Made by a program: the position numbers and the translations under genes. This document shows, in pieces, positions 28,682-38,386 of a DNA stretch of 64,000 nt. Below the pieces are notes generated by a model. That model made no database searches and had not been told where the DNA came from. It saw only the letters and a list, made by a program, of their open reading frames with translations. Source of the DNA: an uncultured delta proteobacterium (GTDB lineage: Bacteria > Desulfobacterota > BSN033 > UBA1163); the NCBI GenBank assembly GCA_963827685.1, contig CAWHBU010000002.1:928001-992000 (forward strand), written 5' to 3'. Numbering within the stretch: the first letter of the stretch is position 1; every line of letters starts with the position of its first letter.

Positions 28682-30295
28682 ATGAAGCTCCTCCACACAA
28701 CCGATACGACAATAAAACCATGCTCAAAGAAAAAGGACGTGAGGTTGATGAACGAAGGCCCAGCCCTTGCCCCGGATGAAATCATCCGATTCCTCAAGAC
28801 GTTTCGCATTGACCTCCTAAAGATTTACCCAAGATCTTTCTGCTCTAAGAATGGATTGTGGTATGGGTTGGTTCGAGCCTCAGAGGGAAAAAAATTCCTC
28901 GTCTGGGGAGAAAAAAGCCGCGTCCTTAAAGATGCCTTCCTTGGAAATTGCCATCACCGATTATCGTCGCTCAAGCTCTGCGATCTCTCGGCCGAAAATA
29001 CCGAGAGTTTGATGGACCTCTTCCCTTACACAAAACCAGTCTCCCTCCGAGAATATCCGATGACCGTTGGCACTGGAGATCGTTTCGGGATGGCCATTCC
29101 CGGACATATCCGCGCCATCAAGAAATTTCACGTTCGTCCGGTCCTAGCTCAGCAATCGATTAGAGAAAATGCCCAAACACGAAGAAATTTTAGTGAGATG
29201 ATTCAAAATGCTGTCTGGGCGGTCTTTCAGGAGAATTACCAGGAAAGCTACGGAGCAGACGGTGACCATCTGAAATCCCTGCAGGAGGTTAAAAGTGCTC
29301 TGGACGCCGGGGCCTCCATGGTCACACTCGATCTATCCGAAAAAATAAATCCTGAAGCCCTCTGTGAACCCAAAGAGGTGATCGACCGAAAGTTTAATAA
29401 TGAGATTGACGAGGGAGATGCCAAAGTTATCTTTCACCTATTTTTAGACAAAGAATTCGTATTCAGAGGTACTGACGGACAGTTCTCCATTCAATTCGAT
29501 GAAGAAAGCGTCAAACGGAACACCCTTCTTTTCTATAAAGCCCTTGACTTCACCGAAGAGGTTTATGAATGGATTCGTTTTCGAAAAGGAAATCAGAGCT
29601 CGATTGATTTTGAAATATCCATGGATGAGATATCCTTTCCGACTTCACCAGAAAACCACTTTTTCTTCGCGCTTGAACTGAGCCATCGAGGAGTTACCAT
29701 TCAGTCCCTCGCACCGCGATTTATCCGAGAATTACGGGAGGGCGCCGATGAGCGCGAGGATAGAGAGGCATTTCGCAGACTATTCTATCAACATGTTCTT
29801 ATCGCCCAGGATTACGGGAATTATAAAATATCCATCCATTCCGAGAGTAATAGCCGCTCTCTCTTCTCTGACGTGGGAGGCCTGTCAAAGGGATTTCTCC
29901 ATCTAAAAACTTCTGGGACGGATTGGGTCGAGGCAATGCGGCTCATGGCTCTCCGGAAACCTTCCCTTTACAGAGAGATGCATTCATTCTCGTTACGCAG
30001 ACTCGGAGAAGCATCCACACTTTATCATATGACAAGGGATCTCAGCCGGATTCCAAAACTTGAAGAGCTAAGTGACGATGAACTCCCCGCTCTTATGGAC
30101 CAAGAGGATTCCAGACAGCTTCTCCACATCACTTATGGATATCTACTCAACGCAACGGATAAGGCAGGAAGGAGTCTTTTCAGAGATCAGCTCAGTCAAG
30201 CCCTGACGCAATATGAAGAGGATTATTGGTCTCTGCTTGAGACACATATTGAAAAACAGTTAAGCTCTCTTGGGGTCGAAAGAAAGCGAAGTTAA
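28682..30295 (+). CDS. Tagaturonate/fructuronate epimerase UxaE-family protein (divergent)
   Basis: GTGDRFG, AQQSIRE, GADGDH, FEISMDE, HLKTSGT, RQLLHITYG; start may be 28748. Confidence 0.85.
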   Translation: MKLLHTTDTTIKPCSKKKDVRLMNEGPALAPDEIIRFLKTFRIDLLKIYPRSFCSKNGLWYGLVRASEGKKFLVWGEKSRVLKDAFLGNCHHRLSSLKLCDLSAENTESLMDLFPYTKPVSLREYPMTVGTGDRFGMAIPGHIRAIKKFHVRPVLAQQSIRENAQTRRNFSEMIQNAVWAVFQENYQESYGADGDHLKSLQEVKSALDAGASMVTLDLSEKINPEALCEPKEVIDRKFNNEIDEGDAKVIFHLFLDKEFVFRGTDGQFSIQFDEESVKRNTLLFYKALDFTEEVYEWIRFRKGNQSSIDFEISMDEISFPTSPENHFFFALELSHRGVTIQSLAPRFIRELREGADEREDREAFRRLFYQHVLIAQDYGNYKISIHSESNSRSLFSDVGGLSKGFLHLKTSGTDWVEAMRLMALRKPSLYREMHSFSLRRLGEASTLYHMTRDLSRIPKLEELSDDELPALMDQEDSRQLLHITYGYLLNATDKAGRSLFRDQLSQALTQYEEDYWSLLETHIEKQLSSLGVERKRS

Positions 30296-30336
30296 CCGCT
30301 ATAAATTAATCCACCAATTGCATAAAAAAGCGTCCC

Positions 30337-30505
30337 AAAAGGCAGTTGGGTGTACCGGGAAACCTTTACAGCGGAACCTTTGAACGTTTCGCCGCTTCGT
30401 TTCCAGACACATTTCAAAAGTCCCCTCGGGTGACATTTAATGTTACCCATAAAACATAATAAAGAACCGCTTGGTAAAGGTTGGAGGAACATCCAACTGC
30501 CTTTT
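30337..30505. repeat. MITE-like long inverted-repeat element
   Basis: AAAAGGCAGTTGGGTGT / ACATCCAACTGCCTTTT ends (1 mismatch), inner AACCTTTAC/GTAAAGGTT pair. Confidence 0.7.
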
Positions 30506-30561
30506 CAATGGAAGATCTGGGTTAACAAATAAAGAAAAACAGGAAGGGGGGTTAAAGAAAA

Positions 30562-31416
30562 ATGGCTAAAAAGAGTCCGATAAAGATTTCGATTTGTAAT
30601 GAGCTCTTCGAGGGGTGGCCGATCGATAAAGTCTTTGAGTATGCGGCTCAATTGGGGTACGACGGGGTTGAGATCGCTCCCTACACCCTGGCAGACTCGG
30701 TCACGGAAATCTCACCGAAGAGGCGAAAAGCCATTCGGCAGGCAGCAGAGGAGAATGGGATCGAGATTGTTGGTCTTCATTGGCTGCTGGCGAAGCCGGA
30801 AGGCCTCTACATCAACCATCCCGATGAGATCATCCGTATCGAAACCCAGGAATATATCGAGGCACTCATCCACTTCTGTGCCGACATCGGAGGAAAGATT
30901 CTGGTTCACGGTTCTCCACATCAGAGGACCGTTCAAGAAGGATGGGACTTTCAAGAATCATGGGATTTTGCCAAGGAAACCCTCAAGGTATGTCTTAAGA
31001 CGGCTCTAAAAAGAAATGTCCTCTACTGCATTGAACCTCTTGCCCATACGATCACCAATTTCATTAACACCGTGGCAGAGGGCATTCAATTGGTGAGGGA
31101 GATAAGACATCCCAATTTCAAAATGGTTTTCGACTGTCGAAGCGCATCGACCCAGGAGAAATCGGTTTCTGAAGCCCTTCTCCGTGCGATGGATTCCGGA
31201 TACCTCCGTCATATCCATGCCAACGATGCCAGCGGAAGGGGACCCGGCTTTGGAAAAACAGGGTTCGTCCCGATTTTGAAAAGTTTAGTCAAGAATGGTT
31301 ATAAGGGTTATATTTCCGTAGAGGTTTTCGATTTTAGTCCGGATCCTCAAACGGTAGCCAGCCGAAGCATCGGCTACCTCCGGGGAATTCTTGAGACCTT
31401 GACTGAAAAAGGCTGA
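30562..31416 (+). CDS. Sugar phosphate isomerase/epimerase (TIM barrel; D-tagatose 3-epimerase-like)
   Basis: GYDGVEIAP, IEPL, HIHAND, GPGFG, GYISVEVFD. Confidence 0.9.
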   Translation: MAKKSPIKISICNELFEGWPIDKVFEYAAQLGYDGVEIAPYTLADSVTEISPKRRKAIRQAAEENGIEIVGLHWLLAKPEGLYINHPDEIIRIETQEYIEALIHFCADIGGKILVHGSPHQRTVQEGWDFQESWDFAKETLKVCLKTALKRNVLYCIEPLAHTITNFINTVAEGIQLVREIRHPNFKMVFDCRSASTQEKSVSEALLRAMDSGYLRHIHANDASGRGPGFGKTGFVPILKSLVKNGYKGYISVEVFDFSPDPQTVASRSIGYLRGILETLTEKG

Positions 31417-31775
31417 AGTCTGCTGATCGATTTGACTACAGTTTTACCGTAATCGTGGATGTGGAGAGAACCCTTCGCCGAGTGGATACCACAGGAGAAC
31501 TTAGCGCCAAACCTAAAGGATGGACCTTGAGACCCTCAAGGAACAACCTAAAGACCCGAACGGAATTTAAGACTCCATGCGGGTCACCTCAAAATGATCT
31601 CAGACATTCCTCCTTCTGAATAGCCCCATCTGAAGTAATTACATCCAATCAGACGTTCTGCCCTGGCAAAAAGAAAAATAAACTGCCAAAAATTGACGAT
31701 CATCATACTCGATTCACCTGTTATTCAAATCCAAAACGCTCAAAATTACAATCAGTTATAAAAGATAAATCCGAC

Positions 31776-31791
31776 GGGCATATTATTTGCA
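31776..31791 (+). promoter_or_regulatory. Putative sigma54 promoter
   Basis: GGGCATATTATTTGCA = GG-N10-GC, ~30 nt before ATG 31820. Confidence 0.6.
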
Positions 31792-31819
31792 CTACTCATA
31801 AATCTAAAAAATAGGAGGT

Positions 31820-32071
31820 ATGTCTATGAAACTAATAAGTCTATTCATCCTAATCGTCGTAGCTTTATTTCTCGTCAGCTGCAGTACTGTCGCCCCGAAG
31901 CCTACTCTTCAAAGTAGTGATTTTCCCAAGATGGCAAAGGCAACGCCAGATGCTGGAATCCTCCCATATGATTTGGAAGATTCCTATGGTCCATTCATTG
32001 CCCCTGAAGAAGCGGCAGCCATGCAAGACACCGTAAGAAGATTACGGCAAGAAAATTACAGCAACTATTAA
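31820..32071 (+). CDS. Small lipoprotein
   Basis: RBS AGGAGG; signal peptide with lipobox LVSC. Confidence 0.75.
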   Translation: MSMKLISLFILIVVALFLVSCSTVAPKPTLQSSDFPKMAKATPDAGILPYDLEDSYGPFIAPEEAAAMQDTVRRLRQENYSNY

Positions 32072-32195
32072 ACGAAACGAGAGAAAAAGGAATAGTTATA
32101 CAAGAGGAAGTGAAGGAAATTTCTTAAAGATCTCTCGTAGATTTAAAAAATGGAATCACCTTTACGTCCTTTTGTTGACTACAAAAGGAGTCTTC

Positions 32196-32230
32196 GAAGC
32201 CCATTCTATTCAATGGGCTTCATCTTTTTT
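32196..32230 (+). terminator. Intrinsic terminator
   Basis: GAAGCCCATT-loop-AATGGGCTTC then T-run, between convergent genes. Confidence 0.7.
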
Positions 32231-32292
32231 ATGTTATCGAAGGCTACTGATCCCCTGAGGGTCAACGACTGATCTATATATCCTTTCCCTCT

Positions 32293-32724
32293 TTACCGGC
32301 TATGTATTTCACCCACCTCTTTCAGTAACTTGCTCAATTTCTGGACGTCTCCTTCCTGGAACGATTTAAATTCCAATCCATATCTATACTCTCCCCAAAT
32401 TTCCTTAGGGGCTAAATCAGACCAAACTACTTTTGCACTCGCTCTGATCGCATTTAATTCCGATCCCTTCACAAAAAGAATCTCAATTGTCAATAAAGTC
32501 CCTACCAAGATAGCTTCGGGTAGATAGACAAGGAGCCCTCCTTTGCTTGCATTGGCTGCAACGCCCCCATAGCGCTCCACACTCTCGATGGAATAATCCA
32601 AAGGAAGCTCAAGACTAAATCTCGGGTGTTTTCTTCTCTCGACTATAAAAATGCCTTCTTTGGATTTTGATTTTCCCTTTCCTCTCCTCCTTTTCACTGT
32701 TGTAAGATACTTCCGAGGACTCAT
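32293..32724 (-). CDS. PilZ domain protein
   Basis: ERRKHPR (RxxxR) and NASKGG (D/NxSxxG), VVW, YGLEF. Confidence 0.9.
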   Translation of the reverse strand: MSPRKYLTTVKRRRGKGKSKSKEGIFIVERRKHPRFSLELPLDYSIESVERYGGVAANASKGGLLVYLPEAILVGTLLTIEILFVKGSELNAIRASAKVVWSDLAPKEIWGEYRYGLEFKSFQEGDVQKLSKLLKEVGEIHSR

Positions 32725-32908
32725 TGGAGCTTCCTCCTTAATGAAATGTATTAAACTTCCTACAAAGAAGTCAATGAGAATCTTCGTCCATTATTTTCAA
32801 TAAATTCGCACAGGAGATACAATTTTGGGCAACCTAATAAATCTTCTGGTCAAGAGATTATTTTAAAAATGTCATATTTTTCAATGAGTTATTGATTTTT
32901 TGACAGGC

Positions 32909-32924
32909 TGGCATCATCTTTGTA
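32909..32924 (+). promoter_or_regulatory. Possible sigma54 promoter (variant -12)
   Basis: TGGCATCATCTTTGTA = GG-N10-GT, IHF-like TCAATGAGTTA just upstream. Confidence 0.4.
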
Positions 32925-33008
32925 TACCTGTATACAAGAAATAACAAGAAGCAGCTCCAAAAGAGTGGAAGAAAAGCTTACGGGTGGAATGAAAGGAGGG
33001 GTCTCACG

Positions 33009-33404
33009 ATGACCGTATCGACCAACCTACATCGGACGGAATTGACGCAGGAATCAGATTCAATAGGAGAAAAGAGAAGGCATCCACGGTTCTATTTGAA
33101 TTTGCCCATTGAATTTAGAGTGAAGGATGCTCCATCTGTCCATGGAGCAATGGTCGTCAATGCCAGTGAAACGGGCCTTCTTATGCAATCCTCTAACAAC
33201 ATGCCTGTCGGCACGAAATTAAATATTGCGGTTTTATTCTCTAAAGGATTTGAATTGGCAAACTTTGAGGTATTAGCCGAGGTGGTTTGGACAAAAATCC
33301 ATTCGGATGAAGGTCGGAAGGTGTACCAATCAGGGTTAAGATTCATCAAGGTATTGGCGGAGGACCATCAGAAACTGAAGCATCTTCTTGGTGAAGGGCA
33401 ATAA
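33009..33404 (+). CDS. PilZ domain protein
   Basis: EKRRHPR, NASETG, VVW, SGLRF; RBS AGGAGG. Confidence 0.9.
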   Translation: MTVSTNLHRTELTQESDSIGEKRRHPRFYLNLPIEFRVKDAPSVHGAMVVNASETGLLMQSSNNMPVGTKLNIAVLFSKGFELANFEVLAEVVWTKIHSDEGRKVYQSGLRFIKVLAEDHQKLKHLLGEGQ

Positions 33405-33614
33405 GCGCTAAAGGGCCAATTCAAGGGTCTTTGAATAGGCATAGCATTTCCTTTTATTACCTCAGAACGCCGGTCACCTGCGCGTCAGCGACTCATCGAC
33501 AAAATTCACTTGAAGGCAAAATTCTGAATTTTTACTACTCAAATTGTCTTTATAACCAAGTTGTATTATAAACCACCTCAAGCATCACGTAGAGTTAATC
33601 GCTGTGGTGAAGGT

Positions 33615-35044
33615 TGTCAAGCCAAAATAGAAATGTCCTCTTCTTACCAAAATAGAAATGTCCTATTCTTCAGATTTGAGATTCTAAGAGTTTTTCTCTG
33701 TTATAGGGATGTTTCCTAATCTTGAACTTCCTCCAAGGATGATCAGCCGGAGGAATGTAAGTCTTCCTCCTTCTCACAATAGCCGGCTGTTTCTTCTCTC
33801 TTAGTGGTCTCTCAGTGATCTCTTTAAATCTCAAAGCTCGACCTTTATGGGTCATGACCATTGATCCGTCGATTCGATCCTGAACCATCACCTTGGAGGC
33901 CTTGATCGTATCCTCAACCTGATAGAGCTTCCTGTTATGAGCCACCGTAAAGTCATTTCTCAGTGCTCGCTCTGTCTTAATGCATAAGATCGCATCCAGA
34001 TCCACCCCCTTAGGTAAGGGCCTGTGGAAATCGTCTTTCTCCTGGGGCCAAACAGAGAACCTCTTGTTATAGAGAGGAAGATATTCCTCTAAGAACTGAT
34101 TGCCTTCCTCAATCGTCCTGATCCCTCTTAAACGCATCTCCTTGACCAGCCTGTCCTGAAGGGTCCGAAAGAGTCGTTCAATCCGCCCCTTGGCCTGCGG
34201 CGAATGGGCATGACTGACCTCTACCCCCAACTCTTTTAAGGCCCTCTCAAACTCACTTAACGGCCCCACGTCATTTAACTCGTCCTCGATCGTTGGCTTG
34301 GCCGTCGACTTATAGGTCGAATGCTTATCCAAATACACCTTCATCGGTAAACCGTTTTTCTTGATATAACGCTTGAAGCTATCCATCGCCGGGATCGTCC
34401 CCTCATACTCATAGAACCTCCCAAAGGCTTCCCCGGTAGCATCGTCAATATAGCTCATCAGAACACAGGGGCCACCTCTGTCCTCAAACCAAGCGTGATG
34501 GGACCCGTCCATCTGTACCATCTCGCCGTAATGATGCTTCCGCTCCCTCCACTGACGATGCCTCCCTCTCTTGCGGCTCTTCTTCCAATCCCCCGCCTCG
34601 ATGAGCCACCTCCGTAAGGTCTCATCACTGATCTCTATCCTACCCCTTTCCAGAAGCTTCTCCGAGGCCAGGGTCGGCCCAAAACCCTTGTACTGTGCCC
34701 GGTAAAGTCGGATCACCCTGTCCTTAATCTTATAGGGTATCCTCCGGTTTGATGGCCTCCCTCTCGATTTGTGTATGACTCCCCTGTTCCCTTCATTCCT
34801 GATCCGCTTCACGATCCTCCGAATTTGCCTACCACTCAAGGAAAGAATCTCTGCTGCCTCTACCCGCTTGATGACCCTCTCCAGGACCTTCTGGATGACA
34901 TGTAACCGCTTTAACTCTCCCTGACGTACCATGATCATGTCCTCTCCTGCCATCATGCCCTCCTCTGAAAAAGGGCATCTTAGCATGTCGAAAAGAGGAC
35001 ATTTCTAAATTGGTCAATTAGGACATTATCATTTTGGGATTACA
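33615..35044 (-). mobile_element. IS1202-family (ex-ISNCY) insertion sequence, 1430 bp, 16 bp target duplication
   Basis: TGT...ACA ends; IRs TGTCAAGCCAAAATAGAAATGTCCT / TGTAATCCCAAAATGATAATGTCCT with internal subrepeats; DR TCGCTGTGGTGAAGGT at 33599-33614 and 35045-35060. Confidence 0.92.
33670..34956 (-). CDS. IS1202/ISNCY DDE transposase
   Basis: HTH, QMDGSHHAWFE, IDDATG, YLDKHS, SPQAKGRIERLF.TLQDRL, PPADHPW. Confidence 0.95.
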   Translation of the reverse strand: MMAGEDMIMVRQGELKRLHVIQKVLERVIKRVEAAEILSLSGRQIRRIVKRIRNEGNRGVIHKSRGRPSNRRIPYKIKDRVIRLYRAQYKGFGPTLASEKLLERGRIEISDETLRRWLIEAGDWKKSRKRGRHRQWRERKHHYGEMVQMDGSHHAWFEDRGGPCVLMSYIDDATGEAFGRFYEYEGTIPAMDSFKRYIKKNGLPMKVYLDKHSTYKSTAKPTIEDELNDVGPLSEFERALKELGVEVSHAHSPQAKGRIERLFRTLQDRLVKEMRLRGIRTIEEGNQFLEEYLPLYNKRFSVWPQEKDDFHRPLPKGVDLDAILCIKTERALRNDFTVAHNRKLYQVEDTIKASKVMVQDRIDGSMVMTHKGRALRFKEITERPLREKKQPAIVRRRKTYIPPADHPWRKFKIRKHPYNREKLLESQI

Positions 35045-35082
35045 TCGCTGTGGTGAAGGTTGAATATGAACTCCGCTCCCTT

Positions 35083-35337
35083 CAAATCTCCATTCTTCCA
35101 TAGACATGGCATTCAATTTTTCTTATTCATGGCTGCATGAAATGTAGCCCTTACCGAATAAATTCAAAAATGACGATCAGCAAGGAACCGTTTAATAAAG
35201 GAATATTCCTTTCCCTTGCGAAATGTGAAGACGAATTTCTATCATAGGGCTTGATTTTTGATCAAAAGAGAGCCTAAATCTTGCTTGAGGGGATAGTCAA
35301 AGAGGGGAGAGAAAATTATGAGCGTGGTATCGCAGCC
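35083..35337 (+). repeat. Diverged copy of the AI-2E gene upstream region and first codons (37027-37281)
   Basis: Shared blocks ttcttcca, atgtagc, tgtgaaga, ttgatttttg.tcaaaagagagc, gtcaaagaggggagagaaaattatgagc.tggtatcgcagcc. Confidence 0.8.
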
Positions 35338-36722
35338 GCTTCCATGGCCCGCCGACGTTGGGCGTGCACCCTGTGGTTCTTCGCCACGGACCAGGCGAGG
35401 CTCGGAAGCTGCGGCAGTACTCGGGGAAGAAACCTGAGAACCCCATGCCGGATCCCTTTCCTTGCAATCCGGAACAGTTGGCCAAGCGTGTAGAACTCGC
35501 GGTAGATCCGATGGTGCAGATCCCTGAGCTGCCTGACGGAGCAGTGGTCCGAGTAGATCTTCCCGTTGTGGGCGATGTGGTAGCCAGGGCTCTCCGCCAC
35601 CAGCTCATCCAGTCCCGAGTACGGACTTGACCTCAGGATCGAGATAGCGATGGAGTCCAGGCCCAGTTCCCGCGAAAAAGGGCCAATCTGGAGCATCTCC
35701 TCTACGCTCTCGCCAATGTTCCCGAGGATGAAATACCCGTTGAGGATCATGCTCGAGTGGCCAAGCACCTTGAAGCACTCCCGGATCCGCGCGGTGTCGA
35801 AGCCCTTTCTCATGGAACGAAGCGTTTTGTCCTGGGTGGACTCGATCCCTAACATAAGCATGAGGAACCCGGCCTTCTCCATCTTGAGCAACACCTCCGG
35901 ACGCTGGGCGATTTCCAGCCTCGCGTTGATGATGTACTTCTTCCGGATGCCGCGGGCCAGAATCAGGTCGCAGATCCGCTCCACCCTGTCCATATCGAAG
36001 GTGAAGAGGTCGTCGGTGAAAGCAACGATGGGGGCCTTGATCCGGGCGAGCTCATCGACCACTGACTCCGGAGAGCGGGCCGACCACTGTCGCTTGTTGC
36101 CCCAGGGATTCCGGCTGAAGGAGCAGAAGCTACAGTTAAACGGGCAACCCCGCGAGGAAGACACCATGTCGACCGGGATGCTTGCCTCTACCCCCTCGAG
36201 GCCGAGCCGGTAGGGCTCTTTTCTCAAGTGGCGGGCGGGAAGGAGATCCTCTCGGAGGGGACCGGGGCTCCGGTTAGAATTGTGAAGGATCTGACCATTT
36301 CTCCGGAAGCTGAGGCCCGCGATTGCCTCGAGCGGTTCACCTTGGCACAGTTCCTCTACCGCCTCCTCGCCGTCGCCACGCACGATGGCATTCACGCTGG
36401 GGCAGGCGGCGAACCAGTCGTCTGGATTCTCCGTCACGTGCCGGCCGCCCAGGAGGATGAAGGCTCCCGGCGGCACGGATCGGATCTCCCCACGGATGAA
36501 TTCGACATCGCGTTTCCAGTTGACAGAGAAGCAGACTAGGTCGGTCTCGGGACGGCAGAAATCGATGGTGCGGCCGGGCCTCTTGCGGAGATCCACGATC
36601 TCCAGCGACCGGCAGCTCGGCTCCAGAACGGACGTGATCAGCTCAAGCCCTAAGGGCGGGAGGAACCCCGCGTGGAACCCATCACTGCGGTAAGGGTAGA
36701 CACAGAGAACATGGTTATACAT
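35316..36722 (-). CDS. B12-binding radical SAM protein
   Basis: PPLGL, LLGGRH, VRGDGE, SSRGCPFNCSFC (CxxxCxxC), GIES; GC-richer than flanks. Confidence 0.93.
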   Translation of the reverse strand: MYNHVLCVYPYRSDGFHAGFLPPLGLELITSVLEPSCRSLEIVDLRKRPGRTIDFCRPETDLVCFSVNWKRDVEFIRGEIRSVPPGAFILLGGRHVTENPDDWFAACPSVNAIVRGDGEEAVEELCQGEPLEAIAGLSFRRNGQILHNSNRSPGPLREDLLPARHLRKEPYRLGLEGVEASIPVDMVSSSRGCPFNCSFCSFSRNPWGNKRQWSARSPESVVDELARIKAPIVAFTDDLFTFDMDRVERICDLILARGIRKKYIINARLEIAQRPEVLLKMEKAGFLMLMLGIESTQDKTLRSMRKGFDTARIRECFKVLGHSSMILNGYFILGNIGESVEEMLQIGPFSRELGLDSIAISILRSSPYSGLDELVAESPGYHIAHNGKIYSDHCSVRQLRDLHHRIYREFYTLGQLFRIARKGIRHGVLRFLPRVLPQLPSLAWSVAKNHRVHAQRRRAMEAAAIPRS

Positions 36723-37261
36723 CGGTGAATCTCACCTCTTCAGTTGTTTTTTTAACTCGTTTGTTGCCCTGCCAATGTTCTAGGCTAACCACGGAAGTCT
36801 TCTGGGCCCAGAAACAATCAAGGCTACGGTTTTCGGATTTTATGCCGTGTCAGATAATAAATGCAACCACTTTCTTTACCTTCGTAAATCTGAAAGAAAC
36901 ATAACCAAACGAAGATTAAACGGCCATTAAATGTTGATGAAAATTTCTTAACCTTGAAAAATAGAATCTTAGGTTATTAAAAAGATCCATTACATGCGTA
37001 ATGTATAATTTTAACTTAACTTAACGCAAACCTCAATTCTTCCATACAAATGGGATTCAATACTCCTTATTGATTGGTGTTCAATATGTAGCACTCAGGA
37101 TAAGATTCATACCTCACAACTTCAGAAAGCGACAGTTAAAAAAGGATTATTTCATTCAACTCCGGAGTGTGAAGAGCATTTTCTATCATGGGGGTTGATT
37201 TTTGGTCAAAAGAGAGCTTTAATTTTGTTTGAAGGGGCAGTCAAAGAGGGGAGAGAAAATT

Positions 37262-38386
37262 ATGAGCATGGTATCGCAGCCAAAGGATATACAAAAGCGG
37301 GAAACGGACAAAACGAATGCCACAATGCCCCGTGAGATAGACAAAACCCACATAGAGTTTAAATCGGTCGCACTCAAAGGGCTTTTTATCATCGCTTTTT
37401 TCTACACCCTTTATTTCGCTCGCGCTTTGATCCTGCCATTCACTTTGGCCTTACTGCTTAATTTTCTGCTGAGGCCTGTGGTTCGTGCCCTAAAGAAGAT
37501 CAAAATACCGGAGTTAGCAGGAGCTGCTTTAGTGCTCATCGCGCTACTCGGAAGTGCAGGCTATGGGGTGATTCGGCTTTCCGGACCCGCCGCCGAATGG
37601 ATCAATAAGGCACCAGAGAGTTTGCACCAAATTGAGCTAAAGGTAGGCTTTTTCCGCAAACCCTTAGAAGGGGTAAATAATGCGGTTGAAGAGTTGAAAG
37701 GGATCGCGAGAATGGGTACGGAAAAGAAACCGGAAGTTGAGATAAAGCCCCCGGGCATCACCGATGCCGTTTTGACCGGCACAAGGGAAGTTATTGTGAA
37801 AAGTTCGGTGATGTTTATCCTTCTCTATTTCCTGCTTGCCTCGGGAGACTTATTTCTGCGCAAGCTTATTAAACTCTTCCCCAAGCTTCACAAGAAAAAG
37901 CAGATCGTGAAAATCACCCGAGAAGTCGAACATCTTACCTCTCGCTACCTTTATACCGTGACAGTGATTAATATCTTTATGGGGATTTCCATCGGCCTTG
38001 GCATGTACCTAATCGGTATGCCTAACCCTTTGCTCTGGGGGGTGATGGCTGGATTTCTTGTTTTCCTTCCTTATATCGGACCTCTGATTGGCATCTCTGT
38101 TGTCACTACTGTAGCTTTCTTAAGTTTTGACAGCATTGGCCAGATACTCCTGGCACCTGCAATCTATATCGCCTTGGAAACAATTCAGGGCCAAATTGTC
38201 ACTCCTGTGGTACTCGGCTTGCGTTTCACGCTTAATCCTGTCGTGATCTTCATTTGGCTGATTTTTTGGGGATGGATGTGGGGCATCGTGGGCGCCATGC
38301 TGGCATTTCCCATGTTAACTATTTTCAAGATACTTTGCGATCGTATCCAGCCCCTCGCACCTATTGGTGAGTTCCTCGGAAGGTAA
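37262..38386 (+). CDS. AI-2E family transporter
   Basis: Multi-TM; PYIGP, LNPVVIFIWLIFWGWMWGIVGAMLAFP. Confidence 0.92.
   Translation: MSMVSQPKDIQKRETDKTNATMPREIDKTHIEFKSVALKGLFIIAFFYTLYFARALILPFTLALLLNFLLRPVVRALKKIKIPELAGAALVLIALLGSAGYGVIRLSGPAAEWINKAPESLHQIELKVGFFRKPLEGVNNAVEELKGIARMGTEKKPEVEIKPPGITDAVLTGTREVIVKSSVMFILLYFLLASGDLFLRKLIKLFPKLHKKKQIVKITREVEHLTSRYLYTVTVINIFMGISIGLGMYLIGMPNPLLWGVMAGFLVFLPYIGPLIGISVVTTVAFLSFDSIGQILLAPAIYIALETIQGQIVTPVVLGLRFTLNPVVIFIWLIFWGWMWGIVGAMLAFPMLTIFKILCDRIQPLAPIGEFLGR

Noticed and set aside
31460-31560. Glycine riboswitch-like start (GGAGAGA...CGCCGA)
   Set aside because: Lacks the downstream AGG..AA and CTCTCAGG elements, and no glycine-related gene follows.
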